Source: Podarcis bocagei
Lineage: Eukaryota
DNA length: 64,000 nt
Reading direction: 5' to 3' (one strand)
Assembly (NCBI GenBank): GCA_964188305.1
Contig: OZ076887.1
The translations under genes were made by a program, and so were the position numbers. This document shows positions 25,131 through 37,468 of this stretch, piece by piece. The notes below the pieces were generated by a model. That model made no database searches. It saw nothing but the letters and a program-made list of their open reading frames with translations, and had not been told where the DNA came from. Position 1 is the first letter of the stretch. Every line of letters begins with the position of its first letter.

Positions 25131-25778
25131 TAGGTGTACCTAGCTGCCATTTACTGTTGTCCTACGTGTCAAGCCCACGTTGCTGAACTTCCAAGTTCTC
25201 ATAGAACTGTATTATAAAATGATGAAAACGCCTTCTTTCTGTGAGGAAAATCTTAAGTGCTTGAGGATTTTCAGAAGAAAAAGGTGACTAAGGGGGAGTG
25301 GCGACAGAGAGTCATAAAGGTACATGAAGAAACGGGGGTTTCTTTCTTCTTCTACTCAGTACTAGAAGGGAGGACACCCACCGAGTTGAAGTATTTTCTT
25401 TTGTCAGTCATCTTCATACATTAATTAGCTAACAGGCACCTAGGATGTGGTGCTGCCCACTACTTTAAATCGGCTTTTAAAAAGGTTTAGATCTACTCAC
25501 AACGCAAAACAGGAGATAGACACTTTTCCTGTTTTAATCTTTCTTCTGAGTACCTAAAAAAGTTTGACTCAAAGATGATGGGACACAGAAAGCTGAACTT
25601 GACAGACTTGGGTCTTCTCTAGCAACCCAGTTCTTAAGTCCTTATTTTCACTTTCACTGAGATAAGGTTCCTTGATAAAAGAATCCAGGGAAGAAATGAT
25701 GTGCTTTTGGATCTCCCTTTGGCCAAATGTCTCACTTTCCATAACTTAGAACCTTCTGAAGAACATTTTAAAGTCATA

Positions 25779-26019
25779 CAGTCGTACTACGGAAGTCGAA
25801 CACCTTGCAGGACGAATGTTTTGGCTCCCGAATGCCGCAAACCCAGAAGTGATTGTTCTAGTTTGCAAATGTTCTTTGGAACCTGAACATCCACCGCAGC
25901 TTCTGATTGGCTGCTGGAGCTTCCTGCAGCCAATCGGAAGGCGCACCTTGGTTCCCAAACGTTTCGGAAGCCAAACGGACTTCTGGAACAAATTACATTC
26001 GACTTCCAAGGTACGACTG
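25779..26019. mobile_element. Tc1/mariner MITE
   Basis: TA|CAGTCGTAC ... GTACGACTG|TA. Confidence 0.8.
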
Positions 26020-26610
26020 TAATTTCAATTAGCTAATTTTGGGCTGAAAAAAGTAAGCTGCTGTGGATTATATGCAACTCCCAGGCCTTTATTCCTTTGA
26101 AAGAAACAGTTTGTAGGGGATGAGGCATAAAATAAATGCTGGAAACTAGAATGTTGCCAATGCCAGAACACTTTCTCCTGCTTCTCCATCCTCCACTCCA
26201 ATGGTTATCTGGGGGGAAATAGTCTCTCTAAGATTGAAGGAGATAGAAAAGAGAGCTTCTACTTATTTAAGCATACATTCTTATTCAGTTCCTCATTTGT
26301 GTATTTAGAGTTTGATTCTATTTCAAGGATAAAAAAGAAACACGGTACAAACTTGGGGGAAAATAATGGATTTCTCTCTCCCTGTCCTCCAATCTCTTCC
26401 AAGTTCTGGTTCAACTAAGCAGATTTCTCGCAACCACCTTTTGGGTTAAGGTTCAATTTGATTTCCTGCTCGATACCAAATGTCCATAGCACCAACATCA
26501 ATTTTAGGCAGTCAACCAACTCAGTGCCTGGGATTTTCCAACTAGTTATCCACAATTTTAATGGCAGACACAACAGATAGTAGGAGCCTGTTTCATGTCA
26601 TGGCTTAGTT

Positions 26611-26728
26611 CAGGCATAGGCAAACTCGGCCCTCCAGATGTTTTGGGACTAACCACTGGACCTGATAGCTAGGGATGATGGGAGTTGTAGTCCCAAAACA
26701 TCTGGAGGGCTGAGTTTGGGGATGCCTG
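26611..26728. mobile_element. hAT-type MITE (family of 2602-2737), internally deleted
   Basis: CAGGCATAGGCAAACT...GATGCCTG; near-perfect 8-bp TSD (G/T)CTTAGTT. Confidence 0.8.
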
Positions 26729-28139
26729 TCTTAGTTAACCACAGTTAGCTGGCCATCCAAATGACTGTGACTTAACTATGGTTTATAAACCATGGTTAAA
26801 ATTAATTTGTTAACCTAGTTTTGTTTGGGGTTTATAAGCCTAAGTTATCATTAACCATAGCTTAACGTTATCTTCAAACCCGGACCTCCTCCTCCACTGT
26901 GGTTAAGGAGCCGTGGAAGAGATCTATTATTGTTCCATGAAAAATGAGGGGAAATAATGCTGTGCCACTTCTTTTATAAAAGAAAAGAGAACATCACGTT
27001 TGCCCCACTATAATTAACAGTCAAATTAAGGCTGTCTCCTGATTAAAGAAATCTTAGTCAATTAATCACAGTTTTATTCAATTAAATTTGCATGCATCTG
27101 CATAATAAAGCAATTTCCCTTTTCTTTTCCTTTTTGCTTTAGATGGTGTCTGTGTGCCCTGCAGCAGGTGTCATCTTGGACGTGGCAATTCCTCCTGTGT
27201 GAGGGAGTAGGGGGGGGAATCACTTTTTTAAAAAAGGATGCTTTTACATATATACTTGAATTGAAAACATATGTTCTTTAAAATTACTGCCTAATTAATT
27301 ACGGCACCCTCTGAGCCGTTCAATTTTTTTAAAATTAAAAAATAGGTTAATATAAAGGGCTGCATTTTGCAGTCTTAGTGTAAGTGCCTCACAAGCAGCA
27401 CATTAATTTTTATCCACATGTCAAGGTTATAAATTCATTTGTGCAAGCAAACAGATGTAGGCAAATACCAATTCTGCCCTTCTCAGCTACCTCCTGGTGA
27501 CAGTGCAAAGGTAGAGTGAAACAAAATGAATGAAGCTTAAAAGTAAAATCAGCGATAGCAGAGGATGTTGAAGAAAGAACAGGAAGTGTGGCATATCAGA
27601 GAGGAGTATGAATAGGCAAAAACAGCAGGCCCAGTATCTGCTCTGTAGGAAACAATCTTAATAAAGCGCACTATTTCTATTAAGTCGTGAGTTGCTCCTT
27701 TGATTACACAGCATCACATGAAACACAGAGTACCTTTATAATCAATATTATGTAGGAATAGGAGCCCTGGCTGTGAATGAACATATTTATACAATATAGT
27801 CGTCGTACTGTAAGGCAAAAACACAAAATAAATAAATAAATAAATCCTTTATAGAGCTTCTACATGCTCCTGGCAGTCTCTCCACCAGAGGTTGCCAGCT
27901 CTGCCACTAAGAGAAGACCTTACATTGCGTACAGTTCTTTTTGTCTAAACTAGCATCAGAAGATGAAATGTCCGGTCACATTAGTCCACTTAAGCACGAT
28001 AAGGTACGATATAAGATCCCTCCAGAACTCATTTCTGACTCTCGAGTTGCAACTGCATGACTTGACATTTAACGACATTCAGCGAGGCCAGCTAACAGAC
28101 ACATTCTGAATTCTAATCAACTCAACTTCAGAATTTTAG

Positions 28140-28631
28140 ATGCAGGTAGGTAGCAGTTTGTTCCTGTATCTGAAGAAGTGTACATGCACACGAAAGCTTA
28201 TACCAAGAACAAACTTCGTTGTTCTCTAAGGTAGTAAAGGTAAAGGGACCCCTGACCATTAGGTCCAGTCGTGGCCGACTCTGGGGTTGTGGCGCTCATC
28301 TCGCTTTACTGGCCGAGGGAGCCAGCGTACAGCTTCCAGGTCATGTGGCCAGCATGACTAAGACGCTTCTGGCGAACCAGAGCAGCACACAGAAACGCCG
28401 TTTACCTTCCCGCCGGAGCGGTACCTATTTATCTACTTGCACTTAGGGGTGCTTTTGAACTGTTAGGTTGGCAGGAGCAGGGACTGAACAACGTGAGCTC
28501 ACCCCGTCACGGGGATTCGAACTGCCGACCTTCTGATCGGCAAGTCCTAGGCTCTGTGGTTTAACCCACAGCGCCACCCGCGTCCCTGGTCTCTAAGGTG
28601 CTACTGGACAATTTTTTAATTTTTTTATATA
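28140..28631 (+). mobile_element. Penelope-like terminal-repeat insertion carrying a hammerhead motif (28166-28203), interrupted by a Sauria SINE
   Basis: GTATCTGAAGAAGTGTACATGCACACGAAAGCTTATAC..TCTCTAAGGT[SINE]TCTCTAAGGTGCTACTGGA; outer direct repeat TTCAGAATTTTAG (28127-28139, 28632-28644). Confidence 0.7.
28232..28587 (-). mobile_element. Full-length Sauria SINE nested in the Penelope fragment
   Basis: High similarity to 14516-14870; TSD TCTCTAAGGT. Confidence 0.92.
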
Positions 28632-28954
28632 TTCAGAATTTTAGTTTAGGTTAGGCCTACTCAACTTGTGACACACATGCACAGCCACCCATCAAGCTCA
28701 ATGCACAAAATCAGTCATGTGATATGGTGGCGGTGCCTTCATAAAGCTTGTGGAATTCTATTCTGCATCTTGCTTCAAAGGTGGCCCACTAAGCACCAAG
28801 ATGAGTTCAGTTTAGCAAACCACAATTTTTGCACACCTCGTTTTGATGGAGATTTAGAAGAGCATGAAAAGCTGTGAAAATCTACAGAAGAAACTGTCTG
28901 TATAGACCTCTTTCTGAGGAAACATACATGTTCCCAAATGCAAGGGGTGCATTA

Positions 28955-30895
28955 CCCAACCGGTGAACTTTACATCAATATCAAGATCCTAGAACAGATA
29001 ACTAAGCAGTTGGCCTGTAAGCACTTAGAAAAGGATGCTGTGATTACTAAGACCCAACATGGGTTTCTCAAAAATAAGTCATGCCAGACAAATCTCGCTT
29101 CTTTTTTTCTATTTTGCTTGGTGGATCACAGGAACGCTGTAGACATAGAGTTACAACATTGGTGGACGTAGTGTATCTTGATTTCAGTAAGGCTTTTGAC
29201 AAAGTCCTCCATGACATTCTTGTGGAGAAGCTGGTAAAATATGGGCTGGATGAGATAACTTGTGATGGCCTGGGATTCGGACTCAGATGCTGAACCTGAG
29301 GAATCCCAGCCTGCACAGGAGTCCCTGCCTCCAGAACCAGCTGAGGCCTGAGCCTGAAGGGTCCTCACCTGTGCTGGATCCTCAGGTGCAGGCACCAGCT
29401 GAGTCTGCTCTGGCCCCTGAGGGGATGGAGGACCCATTGCCTGCAGGTGCTCCACTCTCAGCCCCGTCAGGGGAAGCTGAGATTGCCTCTGGGTCCAGTA
29501 ACCCTCCAGCCTCTCCTGAGCTGCAGAGGCGAAGGGCAGAGAGGCGAAGGGAACTAAGTTCCTGCAGAAGGAGTGCTCGCCTCCAGGCCAGGAGAGGCGA
29601 GTCACCTGAGGATCGGGGCTGCCCTATGCCTCGGGGCAGATAAAAGCCAGTCACCCCCCCCCCCAGTCCCAGGTTACTTGGTAGGTTGCCAATTCCTGCC
29701 TGAACCCTGTCCTGCATTCCCGCCTGCACTCCTGACCTCACCTGACTCCCTGCCCTGCCCTGCCCTGCCCTGCCCTGCGGCCAGCTTCAGCTTCTACGGA
29801 CTGCCTCCATACTGCACCTTCGACCACGGACTGGACTCGGACCTCGCCTCTCGGTTAACCCACGGGACCAGCACATAACTGTTAGGTGGTTGTTAATGGC
29901 TGGTTGACAGACCAAACCCAAAGAGTGCTCACTAACGATTCTTCATTATCCTGGGGGAAAAGTGACAAGTGGGGTGCCACAGGTTTCTGTCCTGGGCCCA
30001 CTATTGTTCAACATTTTTATAAACGACTTGGACAAAGGAATTGATGTGATGGTCACCAAATTTGCAGATGACACCAAACTGGGAGCCAGTGCTGCTGAAG
30101 ACAGAATCGGGATTCAAGATGACCATAACAGGTTGGAGAACTGTCAATATTAATGAAATGAATTTCAGTTGGGACAAATGTAAGGTTCTGTGCCTAGGCG
30201 GAGAGAATCAGCTTCACAAACATTAGATGGGGAACACCTAGCTTGCCAGTAGTACACGTGAAAAGGATCTAGGAGTCTTTGTAGACAACAAGTTGAACAT
30301 GAGTCAACAGTGTGATGCAGCAGCAGCAAAAAAAAAGCTAATGCTATTCTAGGCTGCATTAACAGAAGTATGGTGTCCCGATCAAGGGAAGTAATATTTC
30401 CACTCTAGTTTGCTTTAGTCAGATCACACCTGAGGTACAGTGTCCAGTTCTGGGCACCATGATTTAAAAAGGATATTGACAAGCTGGGATGTGTGCAGAG
30501 GAGGGTGACCATGATGATCAAGGGTCTGGAAACCAAGTCTTATAAGGAACAGTTGAGGGAACTGGGTACGTTTAGCCTGGTAAAGAGGAGACAGAGAGGA
30601 GATGTGATAGCCATCTTCTGTTTCCTCCTGCTCCAGAGGCTAGGACCCACAACAATGGCTTCAAGTGACAAGAAAGGAGGTTCTAACTAAACATCAGGAA
30701 GAACCTTCTAACAGTAAGAGCTGTATGACAGTAGAACAGTCCCCTTTGGGAGGTTGTGGACTCTCCTTCATTGGAGATTTTTAAGCAGAGTTTGGGTGGC
30801 GGCCTGTCATGGTTGATCTAGCTGAGATTCCTGCATTGCAGGGGGTTGGACTAGATGACCCTCAGGGTCCCTTCCAACTCTATGATTCTACGATT
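28955..30895 (+). mobile_element. 5'-truncated, decayed CR1 LINE (RT region to 3' end), split by a solo LTR
   Basis: QHGFLKNKSCQTNL, YLDFSKAFDKV, TSGVPQ.SVLGPLLFNIFINDL, KFADDTKLG; 3' tail CCCTTCCAACTCTATGATTCTACGATT; stops and frameshifts present. Confidence 0.93.
29261..29875 (+). mobile_element. Solo LTR (615 bp, probably Gypsy-type) inserted in the CR1
   Basis: TGT...ACA ends; 5-bp TSD TAACT (29256-29260, 29876-29880); TATA-like GATAAAAG at ~29639; the CR1 sequence resumes after it. Confidence 0.85.
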
Positions 30896-31286
30896 ATTTC
30901 AGCAGGCCTTTCGAATAACTGAACTTGATCCATTGCCAAGAGAAATAGAAATACCATGGTAACAGAAACAGCTGGAGACAGCCAGAATAGGGTAGCTGAA
31001 AGGTAACTTCAAGCGTGGATAATGAAAAGCCAGCTCAAGAGATGCCTCATTATAGGCTTGGATTTCCAACCCTAATGATATTAGGAAGTAATTCACATAG
31101 ATTAAAAAAGAGTATGTATGCTTAAAATGAAAGACAGGTCACATGACAAATATGCAATACCTTTATCACAGAGCTACCAACACAGAACAGTTCAATTATT
31201 TCAGAGAATATCAATAAAGTAATGTCACAAAACCTCAGCAGCATATTCTATTCCTATTCCATAAGAACAACTTATCACAGTACAAT

Positions 31287-31621
31287 AAAGGTAAAGGTAG
31301 AGGGACCCCTGACAGACGACTCTGGGGTTGCGGCGCTCATCTCGTTTCATTGGCCAAGGGAGCTGGTGTACAGCTTCCAGGTCATGTGGCCAGCATGATG
31401 AAGCCGTTTCTGGTGAAACCAGAGCAGCGAACGGAAATGCCGTTTACCTTCCCGCCGGAGCGGTACCTATTTATCTACTTGCACTGGCATGCTTTTGAAC
31501 TGCTAGGTTGGCAGGAGCAGGGACTGAGCAACGGGAGCTCATCCCGTCGTGGGGATTCGAACCGCTGACCTTCTGGTCGGCAAGCCCTAGGCTCTGTGGT
31601 TTAACCCACGGCGCCACCCGC
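31287..31621 (-). mobile_element. Sauria SINE
   Basis: Same body as 14516-14870 with a small internal deletion near the tail. Confidence 0.9.
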
Positions 31622-33214
31622 ATACCTCAATATAGGATAATTAATGGTGGAGAAACTGACTGTCCAAAACCAATCAAAATTTGTGTTTGTTCTTTCATAG
31701 GACAACTATGATATCATTTAACAACTGGCAATTTTCAGCGATATTATGCACAGAGTAGCTTGAAATAGCCAAAGTAAAGAACAACTGAGTCCTGTCCCTC
31801 CATTAATTATTTTTATATTCAAGTCTGAGAGCTTCAGAATGGCCAATCCAGCTCTAAAGAAACTCTGTTATTAGGTCTTAAAAATTAATGGAGTTTGATT
31901 TCAACCATCCATTGACTCTTTATTTCTAGTCCCTTATTTTTTCTCTCTCTGTGTACTTCTCTGCAAAACTCAGGACTAGAACTTTACACACGCACACAAA
32001 GACCCCTAATTATTTCTGAATTTGGATATCATTTATGGTGCCCATTTTGCCTGTCTGAATTTACATGATTACAAAGCAACAAAAATTGAATCCAATCATA
32101 TTCTGACATGACGCTTACTTCCAAGTTAAATGTACCCCTAATAATTACCTAAGGAATTAAAAATAGCCTGTAAATTAAGTTTACAATGATGAAAAAGCTT
32201 CAGTAAGCTCGAGAGTTATTTTCATATAAGATTGATTTGCCCGATTGTTAAACATAAGAATGTTGGAAATAAGTAATTAACACACCTGGCCAAATACTAG
32301 TCAACAAATATTTCAGAAAATCTTTTAATAATTCTGTTACATTAGCTGAAAGGTCATCTGGGGGAAAAAATCCAATTTTATTAGAAACATTTAATGGCAA
32401 GTCTATTAATGGCAGCAGAAGTTATGACAACATGCCACTGGGAAAAGTACTACACAAAAACCAGAAGTACACATTCCCAGTTGGCTCCTAATTTTTACCA
32501 GGCTCGGATAAGCCTAAGCATTAGTGAACGTAATTGTTTCTGTCACTCAAAGTGGCAATCCTGCTGAATCTCTGGTTAACCTCTGGAATCGGGAAATGAC
32601 TAGGCAGTTGATGCTCTTGAATGCCAGCTGCCCACATGCGGAGCAAAGCTAAGTCACTGGTGGTCCCAAGAGTTGGCAGCACTGAAAATGAAAAGGCTGC
32701 TGACTAGATTGATGGAGGTGGAAGACTCGTGACAATAGCTTCCTCTTCCTCTTACCATACCCATCCCACGATGGACGGCCTTGTTCCTCCAATCAAAACC
32801 AACACATTTACTCCTCCCATTTCACATCCCATAATGAAATACCATTACCATTCGCTCTTGTTTTCTCTCTGTCTCTCTTTTGAATCATAACCGCTTTTTT
32901 TCAAAGCTGTTGGCACTCCATCTTCTCCTTGTTATGGTTGTATCTGAATACATGCCTATAATCACGTGGTTTATTTTGTACACTTCAACAGTAGCCTGGC
33001 AAGCAGGCACCATCCCAAAACTGGAGCCATCTAGCAGCAAGAGAACATCAACTGACAAAAGAACATTAACTCAGACATAACTTTACACAGAAATGTATTC
33101 TTCTACATATTGCATGCAAATAAAACCCAGTGCAGAATATACAATGCACCAGCCTTCTCCAACTTGGTGCCCTTTGAATGTTTTGGACTACAACTAACAG
33201 CAGCCCCAGGCAGC

Positions 33215-33728
33215 TGTCAGGGCTGGCTCAGATGCAGGTCAGCATTCAAACCCAGAGACGAGCAAAAAGCTTAGTTCTTGATTCAAGAAAGCAGCAAACA
33301 ATGCAGAGAAGCCTCAAGGCAGGACCAGCTTCCATAGCACAGTTGCCAGGACTGACAGTTCCTGCTTCCCCCTAAGACATCTCCTTCTTCTAGAGGCTGT
33401 CCACAAAGACATAAACTACAGTGGGAGGGATCTCTTGCTTGTTGTTCAGCCATATATGCATAGCTCTTTGTGTCCTTGGAGACAAGGGGAAGCGGAACTT
33501 AACACAGTAGGACAGGCAAACTCCTTGGAAGCTGCATGGGCTGAGTCTGAACTGCTTTCTGCCCTTGGCTCTTCTCTCTCACTCAGACCTGTTGCCTCCT
33601 CACCACCTTCATCTTCTGAGCTGTCCTCAGTGTCCTACCACCATTCCCCGTGCTCTGAACCTTCATTCTCTGAGGCTTCCTTAGCTGGTGCCTCCCACCA
33701 CTCCTTGTCATCTAGCCAGTTCCTGACA
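33215..33728. mobile_element. Solo LTR (514 bp)
   Basis: TGTCAGG...CCTGACA inverted ends; 5-bp TSD GCAGC (33210-33214, 33729-33733). Confidence 0.8.
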
Positions 33729-33760
33729 GCAGCACAGCCAATGATCAATGATTATGGAAC

Positions 33761-33893
33761 CCACAGAATTGCAGAGTTGGGACTGTGAAGGTCGTCTAAT
33801 CCAATCCCTGCAATGCAGGAATCTTTCACCCAACGCGAGACTTGAACCCACGACCCTAAGATTAAGAATCTTGTGCTCTACCGACTGAGCTAT
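33761..33893 (-). mobile_element. tRNA-Lys-derived SINE with a CR1 3' tail
   Basis: Reverse strand TAGCTCAGTCGGTAGAGCACAAGATTCTTAATCTTAGGGTCGTGGGTTCAAG.. then GATTCCTGCATTGCAGGGATTGGATTAGACGACC..CCAACTCTGCAATTCTGTG, which matches the CR1 end at 30825-30895. Confidence 0.8.
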
Positions 33894-34038
33894 ATCATCA
33901 TCCAACAAAATCTAGAGGATACCAGGTTGTGGAAGGCTGGGCATACACACACTCAAATAGGTCTGCATAATCGATTCACTTTATAGGACATATATTTGAA
34001 GTCATGGCAGTACACATATGGTAGAATATTGCATTTAC

Positions 34039-34192
34039 CTGCATAGAGAAGTTTTCTATCTCTTCTGCTCGTTTCCAATACCAGTCCGTGACCAGTTTTA
34101 TGGAAAGCTCAGTGGTTCTGTACTTCAGCAACTCAGGTTGAGACTCATATAAAAATTCGCCTTCATCTTGAAGAGCTGGTTCAACCATCAGC
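34039..34192 (-). CDS. NBAS: NBAS coding exon (~23, 154 bp)
   Basis: cag|LMVEPALQDEGEFLYESQPELLKYRTTELSIKLVTDWYWKRAEEIENFSMQ|gtaaat (within ORF 33976..34203). Confidence 0.96.
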
Positions 34193-35380
34193 CTGAGCAT
34201 CACAGATAAACGGCCATTAAATGTAGAAACCTAGGACTTTAAAATGATGCTAACCTGGGAACTGTAGTTTGTTAAATGTGCTGAGAACTGGAGGAGACCC
34301 CTCACAGAGCTACAATTCCTAGGATTCTTAAACTACAGGTCCCAGAATTCTTTGTGGGAAGCCATGGCTGTTGAAGCGGTATAAGAATTATTTCAATGTA
34401 TGGCATGGATGTTAACCTATGTCTTAGGCAGACTCATTAGGATTAATTATCTGTTGAAAAATCATGTTAAATGATAACTAGTTCTGTTCTGAAAAACTAG
34501 CGCCTATAAATAAATATTTTTTTAAAAAAATAATCTAATTTTGGAGGTCACCACTGTTATTTACATAATGGGCATTTGACCTTTATGCAAAAGCCTACAC
34601 AGAGAAAACATATTTACCCCTACTGAATTTCCAGCTATTCCTGGTAATTAACCTTATCACTACATCAACAGGTGTTTACATAATAGAGGCAATTTACTAC
34701 AGTGCTCCAAATGAGTTGACAAGCTTGCCTATTTAAGCAGAAGCAATACTTTAATGTGCAAAAGCCGTTGCAGGCATGAAAACCTGTTGCCACATACAGA
34801 AAGGGCACTGTTACAACGCTGAGCCTGTAAGTTATTACTTGGCTGTCAGGATTTTACCCAAGCAAGAACAGGAGCCACACGGTTCAGCTGTTCACTTCTT
34901 TCTACTCACGGTGATGGGAGCAGGAGAAAGATCCTGTGTGCTTGAGGCCCAATTCTGATCTCACTATGATTAAAATCCTGTGGCTCAAGTAAGGAGGCTT
35001 GCTAAGTAAAGAATCATTCAAATCACTGCGAAAGCCATAAAGGGAAGCGTGCATCACCCCACGGCGCCATGCACATAGCAATTCTTCTGTGTACTTATAC
35101 AGGTTTCACCTCATACAGCATGATCAAAGCTTGGGATTGTATCACGGGACCACAGCCCAGAGCTCTGTGCATTTTGGGACTTCCTGTTTCCGCCAGAAAA
35201 AAAAAGAAGGAAGTAATCCACATGTGTTTTCCTCCCCAATAAGGAAACGGGTAGCTCCTACACTTGAGTCTTCAAAGATAGTAAGGCCAGGTGGGATAGT
35301 TGCTTAATTGCAACTGACTGGTGCTAATGTAAAAATGGACTGATATATTGCACACACACAAGCCAATTCCATACACCTAC

Positions 35381-35464
35381 TTGCACGGTGCCCTCTCGCA
35401 CCAGTCTTCCTCCCTGTGCTTCTGTTCATTCCAGGGAAGAATTTTCAGTGTTCCATCTCTGCGG
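35381..35464 (-). CDS. NBAS: NBAS coding exon (~22, 84 bp)
   Basis: tag|(C)RRDGTLKILPWNEQKHREEDWCERAPC(K)|gtaggt; phase matches both neighbouring exons; PW..KHR..DWCE motif. Confidence 0.93.
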
Positions 35465-35607
35465 CTATTAGAAAACAAAACAAAAATATCAATGGTGTGT
35501 TGAAAACCAGTCTACTAATTAAATGCACAGTAACAGGAATTGGGGCGAGGAATAAATACTGTGAAAGGCAGAAACAGCACTTTATGCTATATTAATATAT
35601 CCACTAA

Positions 35608-35764
35608 CTGTGTCCTTTTATTTAAAATGCATCTCTGGGTTATTTGTGGGGCATAGGAATTCATTCATTCCCCCCCCCAAAAAATATATATATATAGTCC
35701 GGCCCCCGACAAGGTCTGAGGGACAGTTAACCAGCCCCCTGCTGAAAAAGTTTGCTGACCCCTG
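35608..35764. mobile_element. Right-end fragment of the hAT MITE family seen at 56847-57107
   Basis: TGTGTCCTTTTATTTAAAATGCATCTCTGGG..AAGTTTGCTGACCCCTG. Confidence 0.75.
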
Positions 35765-35849
35765 CTGTAAACTGTTGTCATTGTTATTATTATCATTGTT
35801 ATCATTATTATTATTATTGTTGTTGTGTTGTCCTATTGTATAGGATATT

Positions 35850-35965
35850 ATGTTTTTTTTAATGTATGATGCTTTGTTGCATTTTTAAATATGCTGTAAG
35901 CTGCCCAGAGTGGCTGGAGAAACCCAGCCAGATTGGAGGGATATAAATATTATTATTATTATTAT
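35850..35965 (+). mobile_element. L2-type 3' tail fragment
   Basis: GTAAGCTGCCCAGAGTGGCTGGAGAAACCCAGCCAGAT..(ATT)n. Confidence 0.7.
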
Positions 35966-37271
35966 TAGCCTTAGCCTTAGCCTTAGCATTAGTATTAAAA
36001 TACAGCACACACAAAGATGGCACTGTATATGGTTTTCTCAGCTTGAAGCTCAAGCACAGGCAATTTACGCCACCAAACCCATCTTTAAAAAGGCCAGCAG
36101 GGGCACTAAGAAATAGTTCCAACTGAAAGAATAGAAAGGCGGCAGGTTTGTGAGGATACAGAGACCGCTGTCAGTTGCCCGTCCTTGGTCTTTGCCACAA
36201 GTGAACAGCAAATTGCATGGCCGTACCAGAGCTATTTTGACATGTGTTGCATCACATGTTTCTTACATGTATACAACCTCTTCACTTAGAAATAGATGGC
36301 TTTCTCTTGCTTCCACAGCAGGGTCTCAACCTCACTACTGCAAATCTTTTAAATTAATAGCAAGAGAGAAAATGACATCTGTGGATTCTTTGAAGTAATA
36401 GGATTTTGTACCAACTTCTGAGCAAATTATTCTCCTGAGCCAAGATATCCCTGCTGTATTGATTTTCTCAATTAAGTCAGATGTGGCTCTCTTGCTATAG
36501 GCATCTAGGGTGAAATATTTCCTGTGGTAATAAAAAACATCTACAAACAGAATGGGTGCTTGCCAACAAAGATAAAGATTAACAACAAAAAGAGTTATTA
36601 CCAGACCGATCCGTTATGGTTTTAAAAGTATCATTGCCGTGGCATTTCCAGGACTCTCAAAAGCCATAAAAACAACTTGTTAAGAGACAAAACGTAATGA
36701 AAAAGACAAAACGTAATGAAAGGGAAACAGAAAACAAAGCTCCACCATTTTAGCAAGTCTTCGTTTGAAGCAATGGCCATTCTGTTTCTCATTAGCCCAA
36801 CCATTCTGCTATACTATTGATTCCGCCACATATTCCAGAAAGAAAAAATTGTGCCACACGGAAGCCATGATATATCCTACAACTTAAGCAGAGTTTGTCG
36901 GACATCAGGGTAGACTCTAAAACATGTTTGCAATCCAGGACTCGTTTCTGGAGCAGTGGCATTGTTACCTACAAACTATGGGGCCTACATATGGGAAGTT
37001 GCAATGGGGTGGGTGTGGGGAGGTAATGTAATCAGGGGAGGCGTGCAGAAGGATTTAACCCGTTACTCCCCTTATTGCAGTCCTGATGAAAAATCCTCAG
37101 TATTTTATTTGGTTTGGAAGGAAATCCTCCATTGGAAATTCCCCCACCCACTTTGCTCTCGTGCCATCAATTACCACCACAATCCAGCTAATGCAATTTG
37201 TATTTTAAAAAACAACAACCGCATGCTAAATACAAAGACACATGTAGTTTGGCTCTGACAAGAGGAACTTT

Positions 37272-37468
37272 TTAAAAGTTAACTTTTTCTATTGGTTTTA
37301 CAATATTTTATAAATTTTAACTTTAACCATTTCAAACATTAAAATAAAAGGTTGTATTGAACCTTCAGACCTACTTCCCTCCCTCCATGAGTTCCATATT
37401 CAAGATAAAATTTTCTGCATATTTCCCCTTTATCCATCTGTTAAATATCTCTAGTTACCATACTTAAT
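37272..37468 (-). mobile_element. Short 3'UTR-only retroposon insertion (L1-like)
   Basis: 16-bp TSD TGACAAGAGGAACTTT (37256-37271, 37469-37484); T-rich start is an A-rich tail on the minus strand. Confidence 0.7.

Larger units (their letters stand above)
33150..33940. mobile_element. hAT-like MITE acting as host for a solo LTR and a SINE
   Basis: Left end CAGCCTTCTCCAACTTGGTGCCC..TTGGACTACAACT; right end ..CCAGGTTGTGGAAGGCTG; an uninterrupted relative lies at ~4735-4860. Confidence 0.6.

Noticed and set aside
33825-33893. Apparent tRNA-Lys gene
   Set aside because: Acceptor stem is incomplete and the sequence is fused to a CR1 tail, so it is a SINE head.
35963-35992. (TTAGCC)n run resembling a telomere repeat
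   Set aside because: Not TTAGGG/CCCTAA; it is a short slippage derivative of the adjacent (ATT)n L2 tail.
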